Positions 1 to 13,164 of a stretch of 64,000 nt of DNA are shown in pieces (the stretch's first letter is position 1; every line of letters begins with the position of its first letter). A model generated the notes under the pieces. That model made no database searches. It saw nothing but the letters and a program-made list of their open reading frames with translations, and was not told the origin of the DNA. Source of the DNA: Octopus vulgaris (taxonomy: Eukaryota); assembly GCA_951406725.2 (NCBI GenBank), contig OX597824.1:8308001-8372000 (forward strand), written 5' to 3'. A program made the position numbers and the translations under genes.

Positions 1-244
1 AGAACAGTAATAAATAAGATTGAACAGAATGGAAGAGATCAATGAATGTATAACCTTATAGCTATGACCATCCTATTTTTATACTTCTCATTTTTCAGAC
101 ACAAGGTACCTAATACTAAATTATTCAAGCACAGGGTATGGCTTGAGGGAGATTTAGTTACTGATTGAAGCAGACCAGCTCCCTCATTGGTTCATTCTAA
201 GCCTAAGGGTCAGTTAATGGTGTGAACTGATCACCGTGTAAAAG

Positions 245-1110
245 CTAAACAAAGGAAGGTTGCAAGCCAATTAGGGAATCCCTGTGTGGTTGTTTGACCT
301 GCTAAAAAACCCAGCTAAATTTCCTTCAAATCACACCTCCCAATTCAAAAGGAACATGTCAATTAATGTGGTTCTGTTTATATTGCATATCTTCTTCTTC
401 ATCATCATTATCATCATCATCATCGCTTAACATCTGCTTTCCATGCTAGCATGGGTTGGACGATTTTGACTGAGGGCTGGCGAACCAGATGGCTGCACCA
501 AGCTCCAATCTTGATCTGGCAGAGTTTCTACAGCTTGATGCCCTTCCTAACGCCAACCACTTCGAGAGTGTAGTGGGTGCCTTTTACGTGCCACCGGCAT
601 GAGGGCCAGTCAGGCGGTACTGGCAATGACCTCGCTCGAATCTTTTTACACATGCCACCTGCACAGGTGCCAGTAAGCCGACGTTGGTAATGATCATGCT
701 CGAATGGTGCCCTTTTACGTGCCACTGGCATGGAAGCTAGTTGGCTGCTCTGGCAACAATCACGCTCGGATGGTGCTCTTGGCACCCTACTAGCACGGGG
801 CACAAGTGCCAGTAAGGCGACGCTGGTAACGATTACTCTCAAATGGTGCCCTTTTATGTGCCACTGGCACAGAAGCCGGTTAGCCGCTCTGTCAATGATC
901 ATGCTCGTATGGTGCTCTTTGCACCCCACTAGCACGGATGCCAATAATCGAATTTGATTTTGAACATGTCAATTAAAGTGGTTCTGTTTACCTTGCATAT
1001 AGAATACAAAAAAGATGAGATGGTCATGGTTGGAACGCCTTTGATCATAGATCTGCTTGATCATTGATGACCTGGCATTAAACAACAACAACAACAACAA
1101 CAACAGCAAC
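245..1110 (+). mobile_element. Old SINE-like family D with (CAA)n tail, split by the family C insertion
   Basis: GGTTGTTTGACCTGCTA..TCAAATCACAC..CTAAACAACAAC-like tail; an inverted relative at about 44065-44565 is split by the hAT MITE. Confidence 0.5.
391..961 (-). mobile_element. Retroposon family C (RTE-associated, tandem hairpin modules, (GAT)n tail)
   Basis: Repeated GTGCC(G/A)GTGGCACGTAAAA modules, GGCGTTAGGAAGGGCATC motif, GTTAA(A/G)CGATGATG tail; 39-bp TSD 352-390 / 962-1000. Confidence 0.85.
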
Positions 1111-1454
1111 AGCTAATAAAGCGAAAACTAAAAGCCAAGAAAGCATTATTAACATGTCCGAATGTTCTCGTGGCACATCAAAAAGATTACCAGATGTAAA
1201 CGTGTGATAAATTGTGATTAAATGTACAATGCATCTTTGATAGGTTGAGAGATACTCTGGATTTGTATAAAAGAGATTATGATTCAAATGGTATTTTGTG
1301 TCAGAAGTCTGTGTGAAAAGCTCGTATGATCAATCTATGAAGGAAGAATTTCTACAGAATGGTAAACAAAGAGAAATGTGAATCTAAGTGAAATTTGGTT
1401 GGAAATGTAGCGTTCTTGTAAAGTTAAATCATAGTACAAAGTAGTGAGAGAGAT

Positions 1455-1456
<2 letters not shown>

Positions 1457-1529
<73 letters not shown>

Positions 1530-1578
1530 GAGACAGAGAGAGGGAGAAAGAGAGAGAGAGAGAAAGAGAGAGAGAGAA

Positions 1579-1611
<33 letters not shown>

Positions 1612-1678
1612 AAGAGAGAGGGAGAGAGAGAAAGAGAGAGAGGGAACGAGAAAGAGAAAGAGAGAGAGAGAGAGAGGG
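1457..1678. repeat. (GA)n microsatellite
   Basis: Direct reading. Confidence 0.95.
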
Positions 1679-2223
1679 AGAACTTTTGGTTAAAGCTGAA
1701 GACATTGACTGGCATTCATGAAAGATTGGTAGCATCTAAGGAATGTTCTTGTGATTGGAAGAATTAGCGGCTTAAAGTGAATATACGATACATTTGTGAT
1801 ACGACCAATGAACATTCCACGGTACAACTGAAATATCTTGCTGACTACGATGCAAATAAACATCATATTGACTCTGTCTTACATCCGTAATTTACAGACT
1901 TGGTTGTGTGGTTAAGTGGTTAAGAAGTTTGCTTTGCAATCACAAGGTTTTTGGTTCAATCCTTCCACACAGCAATTTGGGGAAATGTCTTCTTATATAG
2001 CTCCAAGTCAACCAATATCTTGTGAATGAATTTGGTGGATGGAAAATGGAAGAAACTTATTGGATAATTATGTTTTTCTGTCTGTGTATATATGTATGTA
2101 TAATAGGGTTAGAGAAGGCTCCTGTTGCTTTTGACAAAGCTGTGGGGAAGGCAGCTCTTCTAAGAGAAAAATACCGTAACATAAAACTTGCCATCAAAAT
2201 AGTACCAGTCATTTTGTAATGCT

Positions 2224-2680
2224 TATTTCTTATTTCTTTACTACCCACAAGGGGCTAAACATAGAAGGGAACAAACAAGGACAGACAAAAGGATTAAGTC
2301 GATTACATTGACCTCAGTGCATAACTGGTACTTATTTAATCGACCCTGAAAGGATGAAAGGCAAAATCGACCTCGGCGGAATTTGAACTCAGAACGTAGC
2401 GGCAGACGAAATACCACTAAGCATTTCGCCCGGTGTGCTAACGATTCTTATTTCTTTATTGCCCACAAGGGGCTAAACATAGAGGGGGCAAACAAGGACA
2501 GACATAGGGATTAAGTCGATTACAAAGACCTCAGTGTGTAACTGGTACTTATTTAATCGACCCCGAATGGATGAAAGGCAAAGTCAACCTCGGCAGAATT
2601 TGAACTCAGAATGTAGCGGCAGATGAAATACTGCTCAGCATTTCACCCGGCATGTTAACGTTTCTGCCAGCTTAGCCATC
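2224..2680 (-). mobile_element. SINE family B dimer
   Basis: Two head-to-tail units, reverse complement of 60887-61117. Confidence 0.85.
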
Positions 2681-3015
2681 TTGTAATGCTTGTCACTGGA
2701 AAGTATTATGGTGACCGAGAGAGCGGCAAAAGTGCTGTCCAGGCATTTATCCTTTAAATCCAATGACATACAGATGTCTCACTATTATTCCATTTTTTTA
2801 TCCATTTTGTATTCTATAAAGTTCGATGGTGATGGATGCATGGCATGAAATGCAAAAAGTCATTTCCACACGCATGCAAGGATGAAAGTATATCAGAACA
2901 ATGTGAAATGGATATTATTTGACAAGATGATAGCCATCTTGCTCTCCGGCTGAATGTAAGATGGCTATCATCTGACAAGAGGAGGCAATTATGTATGTAT
3001 GTGTGCATGTATGTA

Positions 3016-3052
<37 letters not shown>

Positions 3053-3604
3053 CCTCTTCTAAGGAAGATCTGCTTTCTAACAAAGATACAAAGCTCCGTC
3101 AATGGCATGTAGGTAATAAAAACAATGTCACATTTTAAACTTGAGAAAAGTCTTGCACATTTGTACTGTTCCGCTTACAGACTACGTGTACGCATATATG
3201 TATATGATGGGCTTCATTGAGTTATAATCCACTTGCAAGGCGCTGGTCAGCTCAGAGCTGCAGTAGAAGACACTTGTCCAAGGTGCCATGTAGCAGGACC
3301 TAGGGTTTGAGACCATGCTGCTAGAAAACAAGCTCTTTAACCATACAATCACTAAATGAGACAGGAGATATATGGCTTTATCCGTGGTAAGTTACAGTAA
3401 GTGTAAATTGATTGCCAGGGTCTCATGAAATTTATATGATGTTTGGACGCGGTTTATTATGTGGCAATAAATTCTATTGTAAAGTGCAAAAGAGACAAAA
3501 AAAAAACAAATTAAAAAAAACAGGCAATGATTTAATATCAATTTGATGATGAGAATTCAATTTTCTCATTTTTGCTGTTGTTGCTATCATTATCTTTTAT
3601 TCTG

Positions 3605-3930
3605 AATTGCTTAGAGGTATTTCACCTGCCGCTACGTTCTGAGTTCAAATTCTGCCAAGGTCGACTTTGCTTGTCATCCTTTCGGGGTCGATTAAACAAG
3701 TACCAGTTATGCACTGAGGTCGATGTAATCGACTTAATCCGTTTGTCTGTCCTTGTTTGTCCTCTCTGTGTTTAGCCCCTGGTGGGTAGTAAAGAAATAG
3801 ATATTTCGCCTATAGTTGCATTCTGAGTTCAAATTTCATCCTTTCGGGGACGAAAAATTAAGTACCAGGGAAGCACTACAGTTGAGGTAATCAACTGGCC
3901 CCCTCCCCCAAATTTCAGACCTTGTGTTTA
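3605..3930 (+). mobile_element. SINE family B dimer (long-tail unit then short-tail unit)
   Basis: Homology to 60934-61468. Other B copies at about 4990-5195, 13185-13390, 16300-16520, 16722-16930, 17487-17680, 18355-18525, 19070-19262, 26186-26412, 46278-46422 and 62415-62685. Confidence 0.8.
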
Positions 3931-3984
3931 TATTTTATTATTTTTTTAATATTTTATTATTATTTATATTTTATTATTATTTTT

Positions 3985-4463
3985 TATCTTTTACATGTTT
4001 CAGTGCACTACCTTGAAGAATTTTTAGTTGAATGAATTGACCCCCCACTTTTTTTTTAAAAGCCTGGTACTTATTCTATCAGTCTCTTTTGCTGAACTGC
4101 TAGGTTGTAGGGATGTAAACACACCAACACTGGTTGTCAAGTGGTGATGGGGGACAAACACAGACACAAACACACACACATGCACACACACACAAATTTA
4201 TGTATATATATACACACACACACACACATATATACACATACACACACATATATATACACACACATACACACATATCTATCTATCTATCTATATACATATG
4301 ACTGGCTTCTTTCAGTTTCTGTCTACCAAATCTATTCACAAGGGTTTGATCAGCCTGAGGTTCTAGTGGAAGACACTTGCTCAAGGTGCCATGCTGTGGG
4401 ACTGAACCTGGGACCATATGGGTTGGGAAGCAAGCTTCTTTCCACGCAGCCACCCTTGTGCCT
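3985..4463 (-). mobile_element. SINE family A
   Basis: Reverse-complement homology; other diverged copies at about 1900-2090, 3200-3355, 5235-5480, 10060-10350 and 15062-15410. Confidence 0.8.
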
Positions 4464-5450
4464 ATTTATGTTTTGAATCCGAAATTAGAATGAATCGTCA
4501 AAGAAAGGAAGAAAGACCTATTGATGGCCTTTGCAGGTTTGCTAAGGATTTGAATGTATTTTTTTATATTCTTTTGGCTGAAAGAACATTATCATTCAAC
4601 AAAGGTTGAATCTCTTAAAAGAATTTTTCATCTTCATAACCTTTAGATTTCCTAACCATTTATTAGAGAAGAGAAAAACCCAAAGAAACAAAGAAAAAAT
4701 TCTTAAAACTCTGTACTAGACAAAGTGGTGCAACACAAAGACTATAATGTTTTTTCAGGAATCGCCAATAATACACCAGGTAAAAGGCACCGTTATTACC
4801 ATTATCATGCTGGTAGCACGACTGAAAGCTTTGCTTCCATTAAGTTCCTTAGCATTTCGTTTCTTTTTGTTCTTGGTTTTATTTGTGTCAGTTCAGTTTT
4901 ATCTTTCATTCCAATTTTACCAAAGCATTTTGTGGATATATTCAAGAAGTGATTCTATTGAAATTTCTGTCCGTCTTAATATTGATTTCACATTTTAGCA
5001 CAAGGCCAGCAATTTCAGATGCAGGGTATGTCAATTACATTGACCTCAGTGCTCAACTGGTACTTACTTAATTGACCGCTAATGGATGAAATGTAAAGAT
5101 GACCTTGGCAGAATTTGAACCCAGAATGTATACATGACTGTAATGCCACTAAGCATTTTGGCTGGTGTGCTAACGGTTCTGCCAGTTTGCTGCTTTTGTC
5201 AGTCTCCATATTAAAATGCTTATAAACATCATATAAGTGCAGATATGGCTGAGTGGTTAAAAAGTTCAGTTCTGAATCAAATGATTTCAAGTTCAGTCCC
5301 ACTGCAGGGCACCTTGGGGGCAAGTATTTTCTACAATAATTCCAAACTGAAAAATACCTCATCAGAGAATTTGGTTGAGAGAAAACTTTATAGAAGCCAC
5401 TGCAAATACACCATATATTTATACATACATATGCATATGTATATACATAT

Positions 5451-5482
<32 letters not shown>

Positions 5483-5646
5483 ATTATAAAAGAGAAAAAC
5501 CCAAAGAAACAAGGAAAAAATTCTTAAAACTCTGTACTTATCCTATATAAAGATGTGCAATGACTGGCTTTCTTTGGGTCTTCTTTGGGTCATACCCTTG
5601 ATATATACGTGTATATATATATATATATATATATACATATATAGAT

Positions 5647-5697
<51 letters not shown>

Positions 5698-5699
5698 TG

Positions 5700-5985
5700 T
5701 TTCTTTATTAACCACACAGGGCTGGACACAGGCGGGACAAATTACTACGTAGAGCTTTTCTTTTTTGGGGAGAAAAAAGAAAAAAAAGTGTGGTAGGTTT
5801 TCGATCAAAAGGGATTGTAGAAAGGTAAAAAGAAAAGAAAAAACGATCAATTGGGATTGTGTATCACAGAAATGTCATGATGTAAAGTGTAAAGGGGGAA
5901 GCAGATAAGGTTTATCCATGGAAAGAAAAGCCTACAGAAAAGACCACGGTAACCTCAGTCATTAATGTCACATGTTAACACATTA
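5700..5985 (-). mobile_element. LINE-like 3' end (L1/Tx1-like, tentative) within (GATA)n
   Basis: Homologous to 49082-49255; minus strand ends CAGCCCTGTGTGGTTAATAAAGAAA, then (TATC)n. No coding sequence is left, so the clade is tentative. Confidence 0.45.
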
Positions 5986-6467
5986 TTAGATAGATAGATA
6001 TGTACATACATATATATGCAACTACACACATTCAGTAAGTATATTGCAGTGTAATGAAATAATTTTTACTATAGGACTACTTTTAATGCATAATTTGAAT
6101 TTATTCAACTTATGTAGCACCAGTGCAAACCAGTATATAGTTTATATGCTATTTAAATATACTTCAAACTAAATGATTTGATTTCATTTTGGAAGTGGCA
6201 TAAGTACATCATATTGATTGCTTGCAACAACGGTGAAATACATATCTAATATTCTCGCAGTCACTTCTGAGGCAACTTTGTTTTGTCTAAGTTTGATATA
6301 TATTGTGCTTTCTTTTTTTTGTTTTGTTTTAACACAGTAAGTACATCTGTAAAAGGATTTTCCCAGTCGAAAACTATAGCTTCTAGCATTTCAAATAAAC
6401 TCGTGCATTAAGAATGTGGTATTGATAGAATTTTCACTATTAGCTGCTTCTCTTCCATTATTCAAAC

Positions 6468-6616
<149 letters not shown>

Positions 6617-7212
6617 TGTACACTCACATATATGCATATACATGTGCGCACACACATATAATTCATTACAGAAAGCATGGTGTGTTCACAAATGAAATAA
6701 TCTACATCCGCACATGCATCCACACACATTAAACAAATATATGGATTTGTCTTATTTATTTTAATGTTGGTCTAGATTGTTTGATTTGTGAATATGCCAT
6801 GCCTTGAATAATGAAATCTATAAATCATACCCACACACACACATACACACATATACATACACAGATACACATGCAAAAATACACACATACATTTGCGTAT
6901 ATATACACACACATATATATTTACATAATGCATTGAATCTGTTCAATGCATTATGTAAATATTGCAAGCAACGAAGCCAAGTTTCTGGTTTGCAGAAAAC
7001 TTGCTCCCACCAGGGTCGAGGGTGCGGAAATCAAATCATAAATGCTGCCCTTCCCTCTCCGACTAAGCTATCAAAATAACAATGGACGTTCACTCCGGAA
7101 CCTCCTAAATATAGGAAGCAGAATGTTATTTCATTAACGATTGTCCGTGAAATTTATTAAAACAAAAATATGTTGATTCATTATATTTTTTCATAATTTA
7201 TTTAGTCACTGG

Positions 7213-7650
7213 CGAAGGCACGTGCTCTAGTGTTTAAGGGGTTTTGTTCTTGAGTAAAGAGGCTGAGGGTTCAGTTCTTGAATGGGTGCTACATTGTGTT
7301 CTTGAGCAAGGTACAATGTCTCATGTGTGAGTGTGAATTCATGCAGCTTTGTGGTTAGGGGTTCAATCCATGGTTAATAACCCATCAGTTTGATCAACTC
7401 TTGGACCGTGTGGCACGTTATCTCTGAGAGCAAGGCTCATGTGTGTGAAAAAGCTTAGCTCTGTGGTTAGAGTATCAAGTTCATAATCAGTAAGCTATGA
7501 GTTCAATCCTAACTCCTGGACCAAGTAACACAGTGTGTCATTGAGCAAGGTAGTCTTTTTATTCGCAAGTGAGTATGAAATCACATGGCCTTGTGGTGAG
7601 GATGTTTGGCTCATAATCATAAGGGTGTGTGTTCAATTCCTGGGCTAGGA
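7213..7650 (+). repeat. Four diverged tandem tRNA-like SINE heads (~115-125 bp period)
   Basis: Recurring GTG(G/T)T(T/G)A..GTTCAAT(T/C)C..GAGCAAGG pattern. Confidence 0.55.
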
Positions 7651-8690
7651 ATTATGTCCCTAACTCAGCTCTCTCTCTCTCTCTCACACACACATGCTCT
7701 CGCTCCCTCTCTCCTGCTGTCACATCTGGATAGGGTGGGAGGGCCAAGAAATTGGTCTATGTCTGCTTGGGACTTAGAGAAGCACTTGAAGCAATCAACA
7801 AAAGCAGGGCAACGTGTCACCAGGCCTTACTTGCTTATGAGTGATGGCTGGCTCCCAGCTGCTCTTTTTAGCATTTTGACATTAGGTATGGGATCTTACT
7901 CCAAAATTCGTTATTTTCTTTACTTGCTGGGTCTGCAGGAAAAAAAAAAATCAGAAACATTGATGCCAGTGATTACCCTACTCCTCTTCCTCCCCCTCCT
8001 CCTCTCCCCCCTCTTCCTCCCCTCCTCCTTACCACACACACACAAGCACACATACATTTATATGCATATAAATATATGCATGTGTATGTGTGTATACATA
8101 TACATACATATACACACACACACATATAAATGACGATATATTTATATATGAGTGTGTATATATATATTAGCATATGTATAAATATATGTGTGTGTGTGTG
8201 TCTGTGTGTCTGTGTGTGTGTCTGTGTGTGTTTGTATGTATGTATGTATGTATGTTTAAGTATCAACCGCATGCATACATAGAGGAGACCTATCTTTCCA
8301 TTATTCCTTCTCCACGATATCTGGGTTAAGGCTGGGTCAAATATTTCTGTTGATTAAACAAGAGAAAGTGAAGCAGCGTAATCACTCTGGGTTGCTGTTG
8401 CCCTTCCAGTCCTCCAGTGACGCAACAACTTCATTTCTAAAGAAAGAATGGCCGATGTTCAATTCGAAAAGAATGGATTGCAAAAATAAAAGACACACCT
8501 CTTGGCTATTGTCCCAAATGTTAGATGTTTGGGGATCAAACATATTGAAGAAAAGAAAAGGCCAAATCTTTTAAGACCCTTTGTAAATAAAAGCAGCCCT
8601 ACGTTTGTTGACAGTCTTTTGGTAATGTTTTATGGAACTCTTTAAGTCTTGTAATTAAATTGCATGGTTATTTCTGCATGAATGTTACAG

Positions 8691-8724
<34 letters not shown>

Positions 8725-8768
8725 GTCATCGTCATCGTCATCGTCATCATCATCACCGCCATCACCAC

Positions 8769-8807
<39 letters not shown>

Positions 8808-8865
8808 AATCATCATCATCATCATCATCACCACCACCACCATCATCATCATCACCACCATCATC

Positions 8866-8898
<33 letters not shown>

Positions 8899-9030
8899 TC
8901 CGTCATCGTCGTTGTCATCTTCGTCATTGTCGTTGTCATCGTTTTTTTACGCCTTTTGCTGCCCTACACTATGTGATGGTAGGGTACCTAAGAGATATGG
9001 TTTCCATAACAGTGAAGATCACAGGGCTAT

Positions 9031-9104
<74 letters not shown>

Positions 9105-9270
9105 CCAAGCAGAACCATCTGACCAAAGAGGATGGTAGTGATCTAGCTAGAAGAAGAAGAAGAAGAAGAAGAAGAAGAAGAAGAAGAAGAAGAAGAAGAA
9201 GAAGAAGAAGAAGAAGAAGAAGAAGAAAAAGAAGAAGAAGAAGAAAAAGAAGGAGGAGGAGGAGAAGAAG
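8691..9270. repeat. (CAT)n, (TA)n and (GAA)n microsatellite cluster
   Basis: Direct reading. Confidence 0.95.
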
Positions 9271-9649
9271 ATATGTTGTAAGCAACAGGGGCTCATCTTT
9301 AGTCAAAGGATAACCACCTGCCTACCACCTGCCAGTCACGAAGAACTAGAAAATGGGTATTGAGTACTCCCTACCATCTCAGACATAAACCACGAAAATA
9401 TTCTTTGTGCTGATATATCAAGTTCTACACAAAGATATTTCTGGCTTAAATTGCCATGTAATCCGGTGGATATTGCCGTTTTTACCTTTTCTCAGGAAAG
9501 TATTAGATCTTCATTAATAATGTTCTCAGCTTTTTGGTTTTTTTTTTCTCCTTTTCGTTTTGCAGCCATGAAACAAGATGGTATTTAGTCATCAATAATG
9601 GAGCTACATAAATAATTGATACTTGCGTGATTTATTATGTAAACACACG

Positions 9650-9698
<49 letters not shown>

Positions 9699-9785
9699 TT
9701 ACATATACATCCACATACATAATATGCATACATATACATATATGTATATATATACATACACATACACACGGACAACACACACACG

Positions 9786-9816
<31 letters not shown>

Positions 9817-9965
9817 TTACATGCATACATATAGATAATATACATACATACATATATGTATATACATATATGTGTGTGTGTGTATATGTGTGTGTGTATC
9901 ATAAATACACAAATATATATATATATATATATACGTATTTACACAAACACACGAATATATATATA

Positions 9966-9999
<34 letters not shown>

Positions 10000-10233
10000 C
10001 CTATGTACATACAAACTATTTAATGTGAACATTATTTACAATAAGCGCTACCAATAGTCTTTTGCCATGGAAGCACTGAGATTAGGCAGATTTATAAAAT
10101 GTGTCTCATGTCACCAAGCAACCTTCAGGCTCAGGGCTCTGAGTGGCACCTTGGGCAAGTATCTTCTCCTATCGACCTCGATGACCAAAGCTTTGTCAGT
10201 GAATTTGGTAAATGGAAACCGAAACAAGCCCAT

Positions 10234-10264
<31 letters not shown>

Positions 10265-10278
10265 TGTGTGTGTGTGTT

Positions 10279-10317
<39 letters not shown>

Positions 10318-10674
10318 GCAGTCTGTACCATTTTCTTGCCCTTTCTAATCCTAACATGTGACATTGTTCCGAGTAAATCTCTCTGGCAACTTTGTCATGA
10401 TTTCTCTTGTATTCTCTCCAAGCAAATCTGTTTCATTTGCTTAAAATATGCCTCACCGTCTTTCCAGTTTCACCACACACTTTGCATTTGTCTGATTCTA
10501 AGGAATGGTCAAGTCTCTACTTCATGTATTTCCCATGCTTGTTCCTCTGTGACTCCTATGAAGGATTCTGTTTCAGGTTTCGGATCACAATTTTGTAACT
10601 GCATCCTGCTTTCATCTGTTATTATTATTATCATTATTATTATCATCATTATCATTTTTATTGTTGTTATTCTT

Positions 10675-10739
<65 letters not shown>

Positions 10740-10740
10740 C

Positions 10741-10847
<107 letters not shown>

Positions 10848-10863
10848 TATTATTGTTATTATT

Positions 10864-11267
10864 GAGTGAGAGAGCAGTGCATGCCATCAAAGTGACACTG
10901 GGGTAAAATATACGAAGCCCAGTATACCCATCATGACTACTTGTCTGATAGGGGTACACCAGGCACATGCATCACAACCATATTTGCGCGACATGGTGAT
11001 CTCATATCAAGACAAACAGCACATGACCTTGCAGGTGGGGCCCAGTTAGAATTTTCTTCAGGTTGAGTTGCCCATCCTGCTCAAAAAGTCAGCCACTAAG
11101 AGACATGCTGGCTAAGGTCAAGCAACTGACAAGCAAATCTGTGATATTGAGCAGAATATTTGCTGTAGCCCATCTTTTATACCAAGACAAACAATGTACA
11201 TGATAAGACTTCCAATCAGTTAAGATCAGAAGCCATGAGAGCCACTGCTTGGTACTGCATCAGGGCC
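10864..11267 (-). mobile_element. Non-coding (TAA)n-embedded retroposon, copy 1
   Basis: Shares about 225 bp with 17043-17267; ends CTCTCTCACTC-(AAT)n; (TTA)n on both sides. Confidence 0.7.
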
Positions 11268-11357
11268 TTTATTATTATTATTATCATTATTATCATTGTT
11301 GTTGTTGTTATTATTATTATTATTACTATTACTATTATTATTATTATTATTATCATT

Positions 11358-11792
11358 CAGTAGTTTTATTTTTATAGTGTGCTTTCACTTCACAACCGAG
11401 CACAGCTCTGTGTACCTTGGGTATGTGCTGTGATTTGTTGTGATGCTCTGATGGTTACTGTATGGAAAGTGTTCTGCGTAGGATGTGTGCAGTGCCTAGT
11501 AGTGCAATTTTCTATATGTTATATGTGTTTGTAAGTCCTGGTGTTTTTGTTATGTATTTGTCTGAATATTTTTTTATCATGCTTAATGCACCTACTATGA
11601 TAGGAATTGTTTCTGTTTTCAGATTCCACATTCTAGTTACCTCTATTTCCAGGTCTTTGTATTTTGAAAGTTTCTCCATTTCTTTTAGAGACACGTTGTC
11701 ATCTGCTGGTATTGATACATCAATTAGAAAGCATTTTTTTTCTTCATGATCTCTGACAACTATATCTGGTCTGTTGGCCTTAATTTCTCTAT
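11358..11792 (-). mobile_element. 3' end of the same R4/Dong-type LINE (RLE domain and 3' UTR)
   Basis: Near-identical reverse complement of about 47800-48236; ORF 11512-11694 matches; flanked by (TTA)n. Confidence 0.9.
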
Positions 11793-11876
11793 GTATGGTT
11801 GCTTATTATTATCATCATCATCATCATCATTATTATTTTTATTATTTTTATTATCATTATTATTATTATTTTAATT

Positions 11877-11933
<57 letters not shown>

Positions 11934-12462
11934 TATTATAATACACACTGATCCGTACATACATGTTGTGTAATGGATTCCAAATACCTTTTCGCAATCA
12001 TACAATAATAATACGAAGAAATGACTTCACGTGGAATAATACCGAAAGAAAACAAAGAACAGACAGGGATAGCGAAAGAAAGAAAGAAACGAACGAATGA
12101 AGAAAGAAAGAAGGAAATGTAAATAAAAAAGAAGGAAACTAAACAAGCATTTTATGAACAAAGAAATCCTACTTTGACAACTTTTTTTGCTAAAACCTTC
12201 ATATGTAATCTTGTCATTGTTTCCATACATGGATAACAATGGCAGTGTTGGTGGTCGTGGGGGGGATGGTGGTAGGGGGGGGGGAGGGAAGAAAGAAGTA
12301 AAAATCATTATTATAAGCATTGTCTAAAGTGAAACTGCTTTACAAAAATTACACTTTTGTTAAATTTTGTCTTTTTTTTGGGTTTTTGTTGGTTGGCAGG
12401 TTTAAAGAGGATTGGTCAAAAAATATATTGAGAACTGATAAAAAAGATAATGACAATAATAA

Positions 12463-13020
12463 TGGTGGTGGTGGCGGTGGCGGTGGTGGTGGTTGCGGGT
12501 TGTGCTGGTGGTGGTTTGGTGGTGGTGGTGGTGGTGGTGGTGGTGGTGGTGGTGGTGGTGGTGGTGGTGGTGGTGGTGGTGGTGGTGGTGGTTTTGGTGG
12601 TGGTGGTGGTTGTGGTGGTAGTTTTGGTGGTGGTGGTGGTTTTGGTGGTGGTGGTTTTGGTGGTGGTGGTGGTGGTGGTGGTGGTGGTGGTGGTTGTGGT
12701 GGCGGTGGTGGTGGTTGTGGTGGTGGTTGTGGTGGTTGTGGTGGTGGTTGTGATGATTGACGGTGATAACAGTGATGACAGCGATGATGGTGATGATTAT
12801 GATGATGAAGGAGGGGGTGTTAGTGATAGTGATAAGGATTATGATGATGATAATGATCATGATGATGATGATGGTGATGATGATGATGGAGATGGTGGTA
12901 GTGGTGGTGGTGGTAATTATGATGATGGTGGCGTTGGTGGTGGTGGTGATGATGATGGTGGAGATGATGGTGGTGGTTGGTGGTGATGATGATGATGATG
13001 ATGATAATGAGGATGATGTT
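12463..13020. repeat. (GGT)n/(GAT)n compound microsatellite
   Basis: Direct reading; source of the poly-G/V/H ORFs. Confidence 0.95.
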
Positions 13021-13104
13021 CATTTTCGCCAAAGGCAACAAATACAGTCTCATTATGATGCAATCTTTACACCACAGTAGCAGATAGGCTGAGGTACACC
13101 ACAC

Positions 13105-13164
<60 letters not shown>

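Noticed and set aside
528-960. CRISPR-like pattern of conserved GTGCC.GTGGCACGTAAAA repeats with variable spacers (also 14160-14470 and 58330-58590)
   Set aside because: The spacers are homologous to each other, the repeats are degenerate, there are no cas genes, and the arrays lie within a dispersed eukaryotic retroposon.
8511-8536. Hairpin as a miRNA precursor
   Set aside because: The stem is only about 10 bp. I recognised no conserved miRNA mature sequence anywhere in the window, but lineage-specific ones cannot be excluded by eye.
11205-11267. Faint resemblance to U2 snRNA (ATCAGTTAAGATC, TGGTACTGCA)
   Set aside because: The matches are short, and there is no branch-pairing GTAGTA or Sm site in the right context.
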